Source: Thermofilum adornatum (GTDB taxonomy: Archaea; Thermoproteota; Thermoprotei; Thermofilales; Thermofilaceae). Taken from it: DNA of 32,000 nucleotides. The notes beneath the pieces are model-generated. The model worked only from the letters and a program-made list of their open reading frames with translations, did no database searches and was not told the origin of the DNA. Shown here piece after piece: positions 8,564 to 16,203 of this stretch. Made by a program: the position numbers and the translations under genes. Positions within the stretch are counted from its first letter, which is position 1. Each line of letters begins with the position of its first letter. Where the stretch lies: contig NC_022093.1 in NCBI RefSeq assembly GCF_000446015.1, forward strand, positions 570,001 through 602,000. The letters run 5' to 3'.

Positions 8564-8794
8564 ATGAAGCAAACCAGGCTCCTAGCAGTCCTCCTACTCC
8601 TACTCCTCTTTCTGGTAGCCCAGCGTGTAGTCGTGGCCTGGCCCGCTGAGGCCATCGACTATGAAAATGTTTACCCCTCGTATAATACTCTGCCCGTTCC
8701 ACTGAGTAAAAGCGGAAGCGGTGGCGTGGATCTTGATGGTGGTTACGGCGCCGTCATCGAGGCCAAGGTTGCACCGGCTACCGGCGTGTCATAG
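8564..8794 (+). CDS. Small secreted hypothetical protein (76 aa from the internal ATG)
   Basis: Signal-peptide-like N-terminus MKQTRLLAVLLLLLLFLVAQRVVVAWPAEA. It lies immediately downstream of the glycoprotein gene on the same strand. I recognise no family. Confidence 0.35.
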   Translation: MKQTRLLAVLLLLLLFLVAQRVVVAWPAEAIDYENVYPSYNTLPVPLSKSGSGGVDLDGGYGAVIEAKVAPATGVS

Positions 8795-8891
8795 TAGATG
8801 GCACAGGGCAACATAGCACGCGTCAAAAATAGGTGGAAAGAATACTTCTACCTCGGCTTCTATACACGCGGCGTACTAAAACTAGCAGAAA

Positions 8892-8910
8892 AGCGCGCGC
8901 CACTTTTTTC
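8892..8910 (+). terminator. Putative terminator: GC palindrome followed by a T6 run
   Basis: AGCGCGCGCC (8892-8901) is followed by TTTTTT (8904-8909), downstream of the 7174-8794 gene pair. Oligo-T tracts are the established archaeal termination signal. A related TTTT+AGCGCGCGCC element sits at 6997-7010, after the radical-SAM gene. Confidence 0.35.
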
Positions 8911-9023
8911 AAAACAGGCTGGTAAGCATATTAGGACTTGTAGACACTTTGCCCTCGCACAAAAAATATAAAACCCAGAACAAAACATAATGAAGCGAGC
9001 ATTAGAGACTTAAACCTCGGGTC

Positions 9024-9122
9024 GCCGGGGTAGCTCAGCCTGGGAGAGCATCCGGCTGAAGAACCTCGCAAGCGTGCGTAGACACCGGAGGGTCCCGGGT
9101 TCAAGTCCCGGCCCCGGCACCA
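9024..9122 (+). tRNA. tRNA-Phe(GAA) with a 22-nt canonical intron (9062-9083); CCA encoded
   Basis: Acceptor GCCGGGG/CCCCGGC, discriminator A, then CCA. D arm GCTC-AGCCTGGGA-GAGC. Anticodon stem TCCGG/CCGGA with loop CTGAAG[intron]A. Variable region GGGTC. T arm CCGGG-TTCAAGT-CCCGG. Confidence 0.9.
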
Positions 9123-9192
9123 TTCTTGTAAAGGTGTTTCCAAAGGTTATACGATCTAGTAGAGGATTGGATTCTAGCCGAGAATGCATGTT

Positions 9193-9516
9193 TTACCGTG
9201 TAGCTATGCTTGCTTTTTCGGCGAGGATTTTTCTGAGTACTTGTTGTATTATTTTGCATGCTTCTTGGAGTTCTGGGTATGCCAGGGAGTAGTAGATGTT
9301 TGTTCCTTTTCTCTCTGCTTTTACTACTCCTTTTTCTTTGAGGAAGAGTAGGTGTCTCGAGACGAGGGGCTGGGGCTCGCCTAGCGTGTTCACGATGTCT
9401 GTGACGTTTTTGGGACCGGTTGAGAGGATACTGAGTATTTTGAGTCTGAGGGGGTGTGCTAGGGATTTGCAGAGTTCTGCCTGTGCTTCAACGAGTTTCT
9501 CGTCTATTTCACACAT
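9193..9516 (-). CDS. ArsR/SmtB-family winged-helix transcriptional regulator
   Basis: 107-aa ORF. LAHPLRLKILSIL...VTDIVNTLGEPQPLVSRHLLFLKEKGVV...GTNIYYSL is the ArsR HTH pattern. Confidence 0.8.
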   Translation of the reverse strand: MCEIDEKLVEAQAELCKSLAHPLRLKILSILSTGPKNVTDIVNTLGEPQPLVSRHLLFLKEKGVVKAERKGTNIYYSLAYPELQEACKIIQQVLRKILAEKASIATR

Positions 9517-9644
9517 AATTTTTCACATATAGCATAAATATACTCATATATATCAATTTTTTACATAAATCCACAAATAGGCCGCTGGGGACAGGTGGAG
9601 ACTAAGGTATAAATACCTCATTCTTGAAGGAGAAGCTGGGTAAT

Positions 9645-10052
9645 ATGTTGAGGGCGAGGATTCTTAGGAGTCTGGGGCTTTACATTGTCAACAAGGACCC
9701 AGAGGTTTTCTGGCTAGATGTAGATGTTGCCGGTTTGCAGAAGTTGAGGCACCCTGAGAAATACAAGGGCTATTTTCTTACCTTGAAGAGGTGGCTGTCA
9801 GAGTATAATCTCGTAGATCCCGACGAGGCTTTAGAGGAAGCTGTGTTTGTATATTCGCGTGGAGAGGGTGAGGGTAAGACTATCGTTTTGATGTTTTATT
9901 CTATGCGTAGGGGCAAAGTGTACAAAGTCGTGTTGGCGCCCTTGAAGCCAGGCGTCCTGAAGACCTTGGACGGTTTGCTTGAGAGGGCGGGCTGGAGGAG
10001 GAAGTTCTTGTTGGACATGAAGCCTGCTCGGCATCTTTCCTTGACAACGTGA
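9645..10052 (+). CDS. Hypothetical protein (135 aa)
   Basis: An ORF with no family I recognise. I prefer ATG 9645 over the track's TTG 9624, because TATAAATA (9608-9615) sits ~30 nt upstream of 9645, a spacing that gives a near-leaderless mRNA. It is divergent from the ArsR gene. Confidence 0.45.
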   Translation: MLRARILRSLGLYIVNKDPEVFWLDVDVAGLQKLRHPEKYKGYFLTLKRWLSEYNLVDPDEALEEAVFVYSRGEGEGKTIVLMFYSMRRGKVYKVVLAPLKPGVLKTLDGLLERAGWRRKFLLDMKPARHLSLTT

Positions 10053-10124
10053 GGGCGAATCTTTGGAGAACGCGTGTTTTCTTGTTGCTTCATTGTTTAT
10101 GAGATAATTTTGCCTGACAATGTG

Positions 10125-10212
10125 TGGTGCGGGGGCCGGGATTCGAACCCGGGCAGGCCAACGCCAGCGGATCTTGAGTCCGCCCCCTTTAACCTGGCTC
10201 GGGCACCCCCGC
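10125..10212 (-). tRNA. tRNA-Leu(CAA), class II with a long variable arm; CCA encoded
   Basis: Reverse complement: GCGGGGG TG CCCGAGCCAGGTTAAAGGGG GCGGA CTCAAGA TCCGC TGGCGTTGGCCTGC CCGGG TTCGAAT CCCGG CCCCCGC A CCA. Confidence 0.9.
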
Positions 10213-10265
10213 CTCTAGAAACTTAGATAGTCCGTGGGCTATAAGATTTTCGTCTCTATGTTTTG

Positions 10266-11096
10266 CTAGAGTTTGCGTGCTAGGACCACGTAGCCTGTGT
10301 GTACGACGCCTAGTGTTTCTGGGCGTAGCTCTTCTGGTATTGGCTTGTATTTTCTGAGCTGTATTTCTGTGGGTTCTATTTGTTTGAAGCCTGTTTTTCT
10401 CAGGGATACTACTGTTTTTTCGAGCTGTGGCATGGTGGGTATGAAGACTGCTATTGTTCCTCCGTGTGTCAACGCGTTTTTTGCATGTTCTGTCACGGTC
10501 CAGGGGTCGGGCATGTCTAGGATGACTGCGTCGACTTCTTCCTCGTCTATGCCGTTTCTTATGTCTTTGTTTTTTGCTTCTACGTGCTGGAGCACCCCGA
10601 GGTTCTCTAGGTTTTTAAGGGCCTTCTCGTAGAAGTCTTTCCTGATCTCGTACGTGTAGACTCTTCCGCTGGGTTTTACGTACCATGCGAGTATAGCTGT
10701 CATGTATCCTGTCCCGGTGCCTGCTTCTACGACTCGGGAGCCTGGGCCTATTCCTGTGGCTATGAGGATGTAGGCGGCGTCCTTTGGATAGATGACCTGG
10801 GTGTGCTTGTGGATTGTTTCGAGCCTGTCGACGAAGTTTGCTCTTGAGATTGTTAATTTTTCTCCGACGTTTGTTTCTACTTCGTCGCCGTATTTGAGGC
10901 CTATAAGGCTGGAGAGGTTAATGCTGCCGTATGTCGTGTGGAACATTTTTCCCTCTTCCACCTTGACGACGTATCTATGTTTATCGCTGTGGTAGAGTAT
11001 TATCCAGTCTCCCTGCTTAACGATGCTGGACACAGTCTTGTTCCCGGTTTCTGCCCTTTTATTTTTTCTTTTCTGGGGACGTTTCTTTCCACGCAA
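10266..11096 (-). CDS. trmI: tRNA (adenine-N1)-methyltransferase TrmI (Gcd14 family)
   Basis: N-terminal beta-domain pattern (GDWIILY...KMFHTTYGSINLSSLIGLKYGDEV), then QVIYPKDAAYI and the SAM-binding VVEAGTGTGYMT. The start is uncertain. TTG 11096 adds a Lys/Arg-rich extension. GTG 11033 would sit ~25-30 nt downstream of an A-rich TATA-like tract. Confidence 0.85.
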   Translation of the reverse strand: MRGKKRPQKRKNKRAETGNKTVSSIVKQGDWIILYHSDKHRYVVKVEEGKMFHTTYGSINLSSLIGLKYGDEVETNVGEKLTISRANFVDRLETIHKHTQVIYPKDAAYILIATGIGPGSRVVEAGTGTGYMTAILAWYVKPSGRVYTYEIRKDFYEKALKNLENLGVLQHVEAKNKDIRNGIDEEEVDAVILDMPDPWTVTEHAKNALTHGGTIAVFIPTMPQLEKTVVSLRKTGFKQIEPTEIQLRKYKPIPEELRPETLGVVHTGYVVLARKL

Positions 11097-11135
11097 TCTT
11101 TAAATAAATAGAGTTAGGGTTGTGTTAGGATACAT

Positions 11136-11627
11136 ATGGTAGATGCACGGCTCGTACCAGCTAGGCTATTAATAGAAGAGGTGGCCAAATACCTAAAAGA
11201 AAACGTCAGCGAGATTAAGCCCCCAGAGTGGAGCCTCTACGCAAAGACCGGGCCTACCCGCGAGAGGCCCCCTGAGGATCCAGATTGGTGGTATAAGAGG
11301 TGTGCTGCTCTTCTGAGGAAAGTCTACCTCAATGGTCCAGTTGGCCTTGAAAGGCTTCGAACGGCGTATGGCGGGAGGACAAAAAACACTGTCAAGAGGA
11401 AACATTTCAAGAAGAGTGGAGGCTCCTCGATAAGGAAGGCTTTGCAGCAACTTGAAAGCGCTGGATTGATAGCGAAGACGCCGAAAGGCCGCGTGGTCAC
11501 CCCAAAGGGTAAGTCTCTGCTGGACAAGATCGCTCTAGAGACATTTAAAAAACTGGTTCAGGAGAGGCCTGAGCTCGAAAAGTACTTGGCGAAGCCGCAG
11601 GCGAGCCCTGCTCCTCAATCGCAGTAG
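11136..11627 (+). CDS. rps19e: Ribosomal protein S19e (eS19)
   Basis: 163-aa [44 protein letters not shown] is the S19e signature region. TTTAAATAAATA (11099-11110) lies ~30 nt upstream of the ATG. Confidence 0.9.
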   Translation: MVDARLVPARLLIEEVAKYLKENVSEIKPPEWSLYAKTGPTRERPPEDPDWWYKRCAALLRKVYLNGPVGLERLRTAYGGRTKNTVKRKHFKKSGGSSIRKALQQLESAGLIAKTPKGRVVTPKGKSLLDKIALETFKKLVQERPELEKYLAKPQASPAPQSQ

Positions 11628-11678
11628 GTAAGCTAGGCTTTTCAGAAACTTTAAAGTATACCTTGTCCCAAATGTTAC

Positions 11679-12047
11679 ATGGTGTTAGGCATGAGTTATG
11701 AAGATAGTTATGAAGATAATGTTGACGAGTTAGAGGAGATTAAGAGAAGGAAACTGGCAGAGTACCAGCGCCGCCTTGAGGCTGAAAAGGAGGCGGCTGC
11801 CAGGAAGGCCGAAGAAGAAGCCTTGAGGCAGGAACTTTTACGCAGAATATTGACGCCTGAGGCCAGGGCCAGGCTGACAAACCTTAAGCTTGTAAAGCCT
11901 GAACTTGTCGAGACACTTGAGGTTCAACTTATACAATTGGCGCAGACGGGCAGGGTAAAGCTTCCCATAGATGACGAGACGCTGAAAGAGATACTTGCAC
12001 AGCTTTCAAGCACTAGGAGGGATATCCGGGTAAAATTCAGCTTTTAG
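11679..12047 (+). CDS. PDCD5-like double-stranded DNA-binding protein (MTH1615 family)
   Basis: 122-aa ORF. A charged coiled-coil N-terminus is followed by [36 protein letters not shown], typical of the family. It holds the conserved position between S19e and L39e. Confidence 0.8.
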   Translation: MVLGMSYEDSYEDNVDELEEIKRRKLAEYQRRLEAEKEAAARKAEEEALRQELLRRILTPEARARLTNLKLVKPELVETLEVQLIQLAQTGRVKLPIDDETLKEILAQLSSTRRDIRVKFSF

Positions 12048-12102
12048 CTACACCTAAAATTTATAAATCCATTTTCCTAAATGTTGGCAGTAAGTGGTGG
12101 AA

Positions 12103-12255
12103 ATGGCACACTTTAAACCTCTAGGTAAAAAGCTCCGCCTAGCGGCCGCGACGCGTAGCAACCAGCAGATACCCATATGGATCATTGGCAAGACTCTAGG
12201 GAAGGTTCGCAGAAAGCCTAGAAGAAACTGGCGTAGAAGCAGGATGCAACTATAG
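12103..12255 (+). CDS. rpl39e: Ribosomal protein L39e (eL39), 50 aa. Below the ORF-track cut-off and translated by hand
   Basis: Translation: MAHFKPLGKKLRLAAATRSNQQIPIWIIGKTLGKVRRKPRRNWRRSRMQL*. This is the L39e pattern (KPLGKKLRLA...P.W...KT...R..P.RR.WRR). TTATAAAT lies at 12061-12068 upstream. Confidence 0.9.
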   Translation: MAHFKPLGKKLRLAAATRSNQQIPIWIIGKTLGKVRRKPRRNWRRSRMQL

Positions 12256-12267
12256 GGGTGGTAGCTC

Positions 12268-12576
12268 ATGTCCAGCAAGTTGCCTGAGGGGGAGCATACA
12301 CGTAGCTATGTGATAAATCTTAGAAGTGTTTACAGCGCTCCCAGGAAAAAGAGAAGTAAGGTCGCGATAAGGAAGATTAGGGAGTTCGTTGCCAGGCACC
12401 TTAGATACTCTGGAGCCATAAAAATTGACCCTAGGCTTAACGAGCTCCTATGGTCTAGGAGCATCGAGAAGCCGCCTAGAAAAGTCAAACTAGATGTAAA
12501 GTTTACTGTTGAAGATGGGGAAATCTCGGAGGTCACCGTTCTACCACAGGGAATTGGAGAAAAAGAGGCCGAATAA
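12268..12576 (+). CDS. rpl31e: Ribosomal protein L31e (eL31)
   Basis: 102-aa ORF. YVINLRSVY.APRKKRSKVAIRKIREFV and DPRLNELLWSRSIEKPPRKVKL fit L31e. It follows L39e, as in other archaea. Confidence 0.9.
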   Translation: MSSKLPEGEHTRSYVINLRSVYSAPRKKRSKVAIRKIREFVARHLRYSGAIKIDPRLNELLWSRSIEKPPRKVKLDVKFTVEDGEISEVTVLPQGIGEKEAE

Positions 12577-12579
12577 TGA

Positions 12580-13251
12580 ATGGTTAATGTAGAGGCTCTT
12601 TCTCTTTTTGGCACTCCAAATATAGGTGTATATATTTTCGTCAATGATAATTTTGCCCTGATACCATCGGACGCGCCCGAGAAGCTTGACCACAAGATTC
12701 GCGAAAACCTGCAAGTAGACGTCTACAGGCTAACTATTGCTGGAACCAGGCTCCTCGGAATACTCGTAGCGGGAAACAACAATGGGATTCTCTTGCCAAG
12801 GATCATTACGGATACCGAACTTGAGTCGCTAAGGAAGAACGTGGACCTTAATCTAGCTGTCCTGGAGGACGTCAGGGAGACTGGTATTGGAAACCTTGTC
12901 TTGGCCAACAACAATGGGTGTGTCGTGAGCAAGGTTCTCCCCAAACAGGCACTAGGAACCATACAGGATGTGCTAGGAGTAGAATGCATACAGATGAATA
13001 TTGGGGATGTGCCCTTTGTGGGAAGCCTGGCTGTTGCTACTAATCGGGCTGTTGCTGTTCCGCCCCTGGCTACAGATGAAGAAATATCTACTATTGAGAA
13101 TGTTCTAAAGGTAAAGGCCGGCATATTGACGATAAATAGGGGAAAGATGTTTCTGAAAACCGGTCTAGTAGCAAACGTAAAAGGCGCACTGGTGGGTGAA
13201 GACACTACTGGACACGAACTGATGCAACTGCAGAGGATCCTCTTCGCCTAA
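12580..13251 (+). CDS. eif6: Translation initiation factor 6 (aIF6)
   Basis: 223-aa ORF with a pentein-like internal repeat pattern (LFGTPNIGVYIFVNDNFALIP ... TRLLGILVAGNNNGILLP ... GNLVLANNNGCVVS). It holds the conserved position after L31e. Confidence 0.9.
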   Translation: MVNVEALSLFGTPNIGVYIFVNDNFALIPSDAPEKLDHKIRENLQVDVYRLTIAGTRLLGILVAGNNNGILLPRIITDTELESLRKNVDLNLAVLEDVRETGIGNLVLANNNGCVVSKVLPKQALGTIQDVLGVECIQMNIGDVPFVGSLAVATNRAVAVPPLATDEEISTIENVLKVKAGILTINRGKMFLKTGLVANVKGALVGEDTTGHELMQLQRILFA

Positions 13252-14933
13252 AATTGTTCTCTTTTTCGGAGTACATACTTATAGAACGGGTCTTTTTCGG
13301 CTTCTTCTAGTTTTCCAGCCTTAATCGACACAGCTAATTTGTTTCCAAAAATCTTTTTCATTGTTCCCAGCGACAGTTCTCTTGGGTTTATAGGTAGGGG
13401 GACACCTACAAGGGAGCGGGCCTTAGCGCCTATGACTAGACAGTCTACCTTTTCCCATTGTTTCAATGATGAGCCCTCTAGGAAGACTGTTATCGGATAG
13501 CTCCCAAGGGGCCTTGCTACAGATGGGTTTCCAACCCTTTCGACATAACAGTTTCTAATTATGGTTTTGCTTGGGTAGACCCGTCGGATCATTTCTTGGT
13601 CAAAGTGTTCGCGAACCCACTTTTTGAATGCCTTTATGTATTTCTTGTTTTTCTCAGCTATCCTTGTTCCTATACTCCACATTGGGGTACCAGGTAAAGG
13701 CAACACTTCTCTTATGTTTACTCTTCTAACGAGGAGGTTTTCTTCTAGGATTCTGAGGAGAAATTCCTTGTTTAGCCTAAATGTTTTTGCGGTCTCGCCT
13801 GGAAGCCCCAGGACAAAGTTTATGCCTGGCAATAGTTCTGGTGACCCGTTCCATCCCCTATTCTTCCCGACCTCATTTACAAGTCTTACTGCCTCGATTA
13901 CCCCCTCGGCATCGTTGCCAAGGTTGTTTGCCTTTGCTACGTCTGGATCTGCACTCTCTAGGCCAAAAGCAGCGACATCCCCTGGGGTATGATACTTTAC
14001 GATTTTTCTTAGGGCTTCCTTGGCCTTTTCCTTGTGCAGGTATATTGTTGCAGGATTAACATTGTCTATGTGAAGCATCTCTGCGTCAGGCGCGGCAAGC
14101 CTTACATGTCTCATGAGCTCTTCTATCTTCTCGGGGTCTGGCTCAGGAAACTCAACTTCGTTTACTCCTCGGCCCTTGTATGCAAGGAAATCTGCTTGCC
14201 GGCCCAGCCTGAAACCCTTCACGCCGAGCTCATACAGGGCCCTGACTTCTAGCGCTATATCGCGCGGCTCTCGGAACACGACCCTGCCGAACCTCGGCTC
14301 AATACAAAAGCTACATCCACCCGTTACCCATCGCGGACAAGACCTATATGTCTCAATCTCTGCTGTAAGATTGTATCCCAGGTTCGGGTGCTGTAGAACG
14401 ATTCTCGCCCCCCTCACCGCGAACTGGTTCACTAGGGTATAGTCCCTAGAAATAGCGTACTTGTCTACCTTTTCTAGGCTTTTTTCCCTCATGTAGTCAT
14501 ATATGACTAGCCAGGGGTCTCCGGGGGCTACAAGGTCATATGCGTCGAGGAACTCTTCACGTGGGACAGCCCTTTCTCCCCCAGACTTGCCGAAACCAAA
14601 ACGGACAAGCGGTCCAAGAAGTATCTTTTTGGGTCTTGTTACCTGTCGTGGTATACGGAGAATTTCCTCTAATGTTATAGGGGTGCCACCTAGGTATTTT
14701 CCAGGCACAGTGATGCCGCCGAAGACGACTAGCAGGTCGCTCTTCTCTACTGTGCTGAAGAATTTTTCCTTCAGGCGTCGGGCCTCGTCAATAGTAAAAT
14801 AGTGGATTGTCGCAGTTTTCTCGACGCTCCAGATTGCACCAGCGATGTAGCGAGGATATATATCTATATATGGTGGTACACCCAGCCCCGCAGGCTCATC
14901 GTTATAGCCGTCGAGAAGCACAACTTTAGTCAT
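13248..14933 (-). CDS. Large radical SAM protein (COG1032-like Fe-S oxidoreductase), function unknown
   Basis: 561-aa ORF. It has a Cys cluster (CPRWVTGGCSFC) in the position of a radical-SAM [4Fe-4S] motif, followed by a TIM-barrel-like region. An N-terminal ~170-aa domain may be Rossmann/B12-binding-like. Confidence 0.6.
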   Translation of the reverse strand: MTKVVLLDGYNDEPAGLGVPPYIDIYPRYIAGAIWSVEKTATIHYFTIDEARRLKEKFFSTVEKSDLLVVFGGITVPGKYLGGTPITLEEILRIPRQVTRPKKILLGPLVRFGFGKSGGERAVPREEFLDAYDLVAPGDPWLVIYDYMREKSLEKVDKYAISRDYTLVNQFAVRGARIVLQHPNLGYNLTAEIETYRSCPRWVTGGCSFCIEPRFGRVVFREPRDIALEVRALYELGVKGFRLGRQADFLAYKGRGVNEVEFPEPDPEKIEELMRHVRLAAPDAEMLHIDNVNPATIYLHKEKAKEALRKIVKYHTPGDVAAFGLESADPDVAKANNLGNDAEGVIEAVRLVNEVGKNRGWNGSPELLPGINFVLGLPGETAKTFRLNKEFLLRILEENLLVRRVNIREVLPLPGTPMWSIGTRIAEKNKKYIKAFKKWVREHFDQEMIRRVYPSKTIIRNCYVERVGNPSVARPLGSYPITVFLEGSSLKQWEKVDCLVIGAKARSLVGVPLPINPRELSLGTMKKIFGNKLAVSIKAGKLEEAEKDPFYKYVLRKREQF

Positions 14934-14949
14934 TCATCTCCCGTCGAAG

Positions 14950-15903
14950 TTATCTTCTTTTATTGTAGCCTGCCCCTCCAACCCAGCCAATCCTTTTAAT
15001 TTCTATCCCATCTCTGAAATAAACCCCGCGACCTTCTTCTACTTTCCCAATAACAGTAAATCCAAGCTTGGCGACAGTTGACTCTTCTTCGGCGGGTATG
15101 GTAAAAATGAAGTTGTATTCTTCGCCTGAATTGTAGAGAACCTCGTCCAGTATTCTCTCCTTTGGGATGCATTCCTCGGCGAGCGGGTGTAGAGGTATAT
15201 GATCAATTATCAGTTTGACGCCTGAGGCTTCGGACAGGTAGTGTAGCGACAAAGCCAAGCCGTCACTGTTATCTATGGCGGCATGCACATTTTCTTTTAG
15301 GGCTAGCCACTCTGCCGGTTTAGGCAATTGTCCCCAACCGTATTCCTCTAGCATTTCCCTTGTGATGCTACAATTAACACTGTTTTGTCTGTAGTAATAG
15401 TATAGTATTGATGAGAGCCCCACCCTGCCCGAAACTGCCAGCAAGTCACCCGGCTTTGCACCCCACCTGTTAGCAATTTTTCCCTTGGCAAAGCCAAAGA
15501 CTACTATATCGGCTCTGAGGCTTCCAGTCTCAGCTATGTCTGTGTCTCCTCCAAGGATACGTAAATCATACCTCTTAGCCACGTCGATTATTCCACTGTA
15601 GAATTCCTTGTAGGACTCAATAGACATTGTGGCTGGAGCCCTAATAGCTGTGAGGATCCCTCTGGGAACAGCTCCTTTCACCAAAACATCGCTTAGAGAC
15701 CCAGTAGCAGCGCGTCTACCAGCTATCCGTAGAGGCACAAAGGGGTAAAGGTGAATAGTGCTCTCAAAAGAATCCACGTTTATAACTATTTTTGTCTCGT
15801 TGTGCTCAAAAAAGGCGGCATCGTTCTTTTGGATCCCCAGTTGACTTGTAACCCAGTCTATGATGATATCCTCGCGTAAAACATTCATTGCTGTTTTTCC
15901 CAT
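14950..15903 (-). CDS. thiL: Thiamine-monophosphate kinase-like protein (PurM/AIR-synthase superfamily, ThiL-like)
   Basis: 317-aa ORF. NDAAFF near the N-terminus corresponds to the ThiL DDAA motif. GGDT and IDNSDGL motifs are also present, and the size fits ThiL. Confidence 0.6.
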   Translation of the reverse strand: MGKTAMNVLREDIIIDWVTSQLGIQKNDAAFFEHNETKIVINVDSFESTIHLYPFVPLRIAGRRAATGSLSDVLVKGAVPRGILTAIRAPATMSIESYKEFYSGIIDVAKRYDLRILGGDTDIAETGSLRADIVVFGFAKGKIANRWGAKPGDLLAVSGRVGLSSILYYYYRQNSVNCSITREMLEEYGWGQLPKPAEWLALKENVHAAIDNSDGLALSLHYLSEASGVKLIIDHIPLHPLAEECIPKERILDEVLYNSGEEYNFIFTIPAEEESTVAKLGFTVIGKVEEGRGVYFRDGIEIKRIGWVGGAGYNKRR

Positions 15904-16145
15904 TTCTTAAAGGTCTCGTACAGGATAAAAGCAACTGTCAAAAGGAAAAGGGTGTAGATCAGCCACATCATATATGTTTGATAGGCTGTTAATCCGTCTC
16001 CAGGCGGTTGCTCCCAGTTAAGTATGTATGCAAGGGTTTTATATGAAAAGTAAGAGACCACGATAATCGCTATTATTGTGAGTAGGCCAAGCAGAGCCTT
16101 GGGCACGGAATATTTTTCTTGCCTGCTCATTGGGCATCTCCACAT
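15885..16145 (-). CDS. Small membrane protein, two predicted TM helices (hypothetical)
   Basis: 86-aa ORF with two hydrophobic stretches (LLGLLTIIAIIVVSYF and YMMWLIYTLFLLTVAFILY). Its 3' end overlaps the ThiL-like start by 19 nt, which suggests co-transcription. Confidence 0.45.
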   Translation of the reverse strand: MWRCPMSRQEKYSVPKALLGLLTIIAIIVVSYFSYKTLAYILNWEQPPGDGLTAYQTYMMWLIYTLFLLTVAFILYETFKKWEKQQ

Positions 16146-16203
16146 CGAAGCAACCAGACAAGTTATTAAGCTTTATCAGATTGTTTCTAGTGAAACACTA
16201 AAA

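Noticed and set aside
8798-8971. An unlisted 57-codon ORF (MAQGNIARVKNRWKEYFYLGFYTRGVLKLAEKRAPLFSKQAGKHIRTCRHFALAQKI) between the secreted-protein gene and tRNA-Phe
   Set aside because: It contains the GC-palindrome plus T6 putative terminator (8892-8909) and runs into the tRNA-Phe promoter region. It has no recognisable family or upstream signal, so it is more likely non-coding.
8931-9292. Track ORFs 8931-9143(-) and 9074-9292(+)
   Set aside because: Both run across the tRNA-Phe gene. The Gly/Pro/Arg-rich translations are typical of GC-rich tRNA sequence read as protein.
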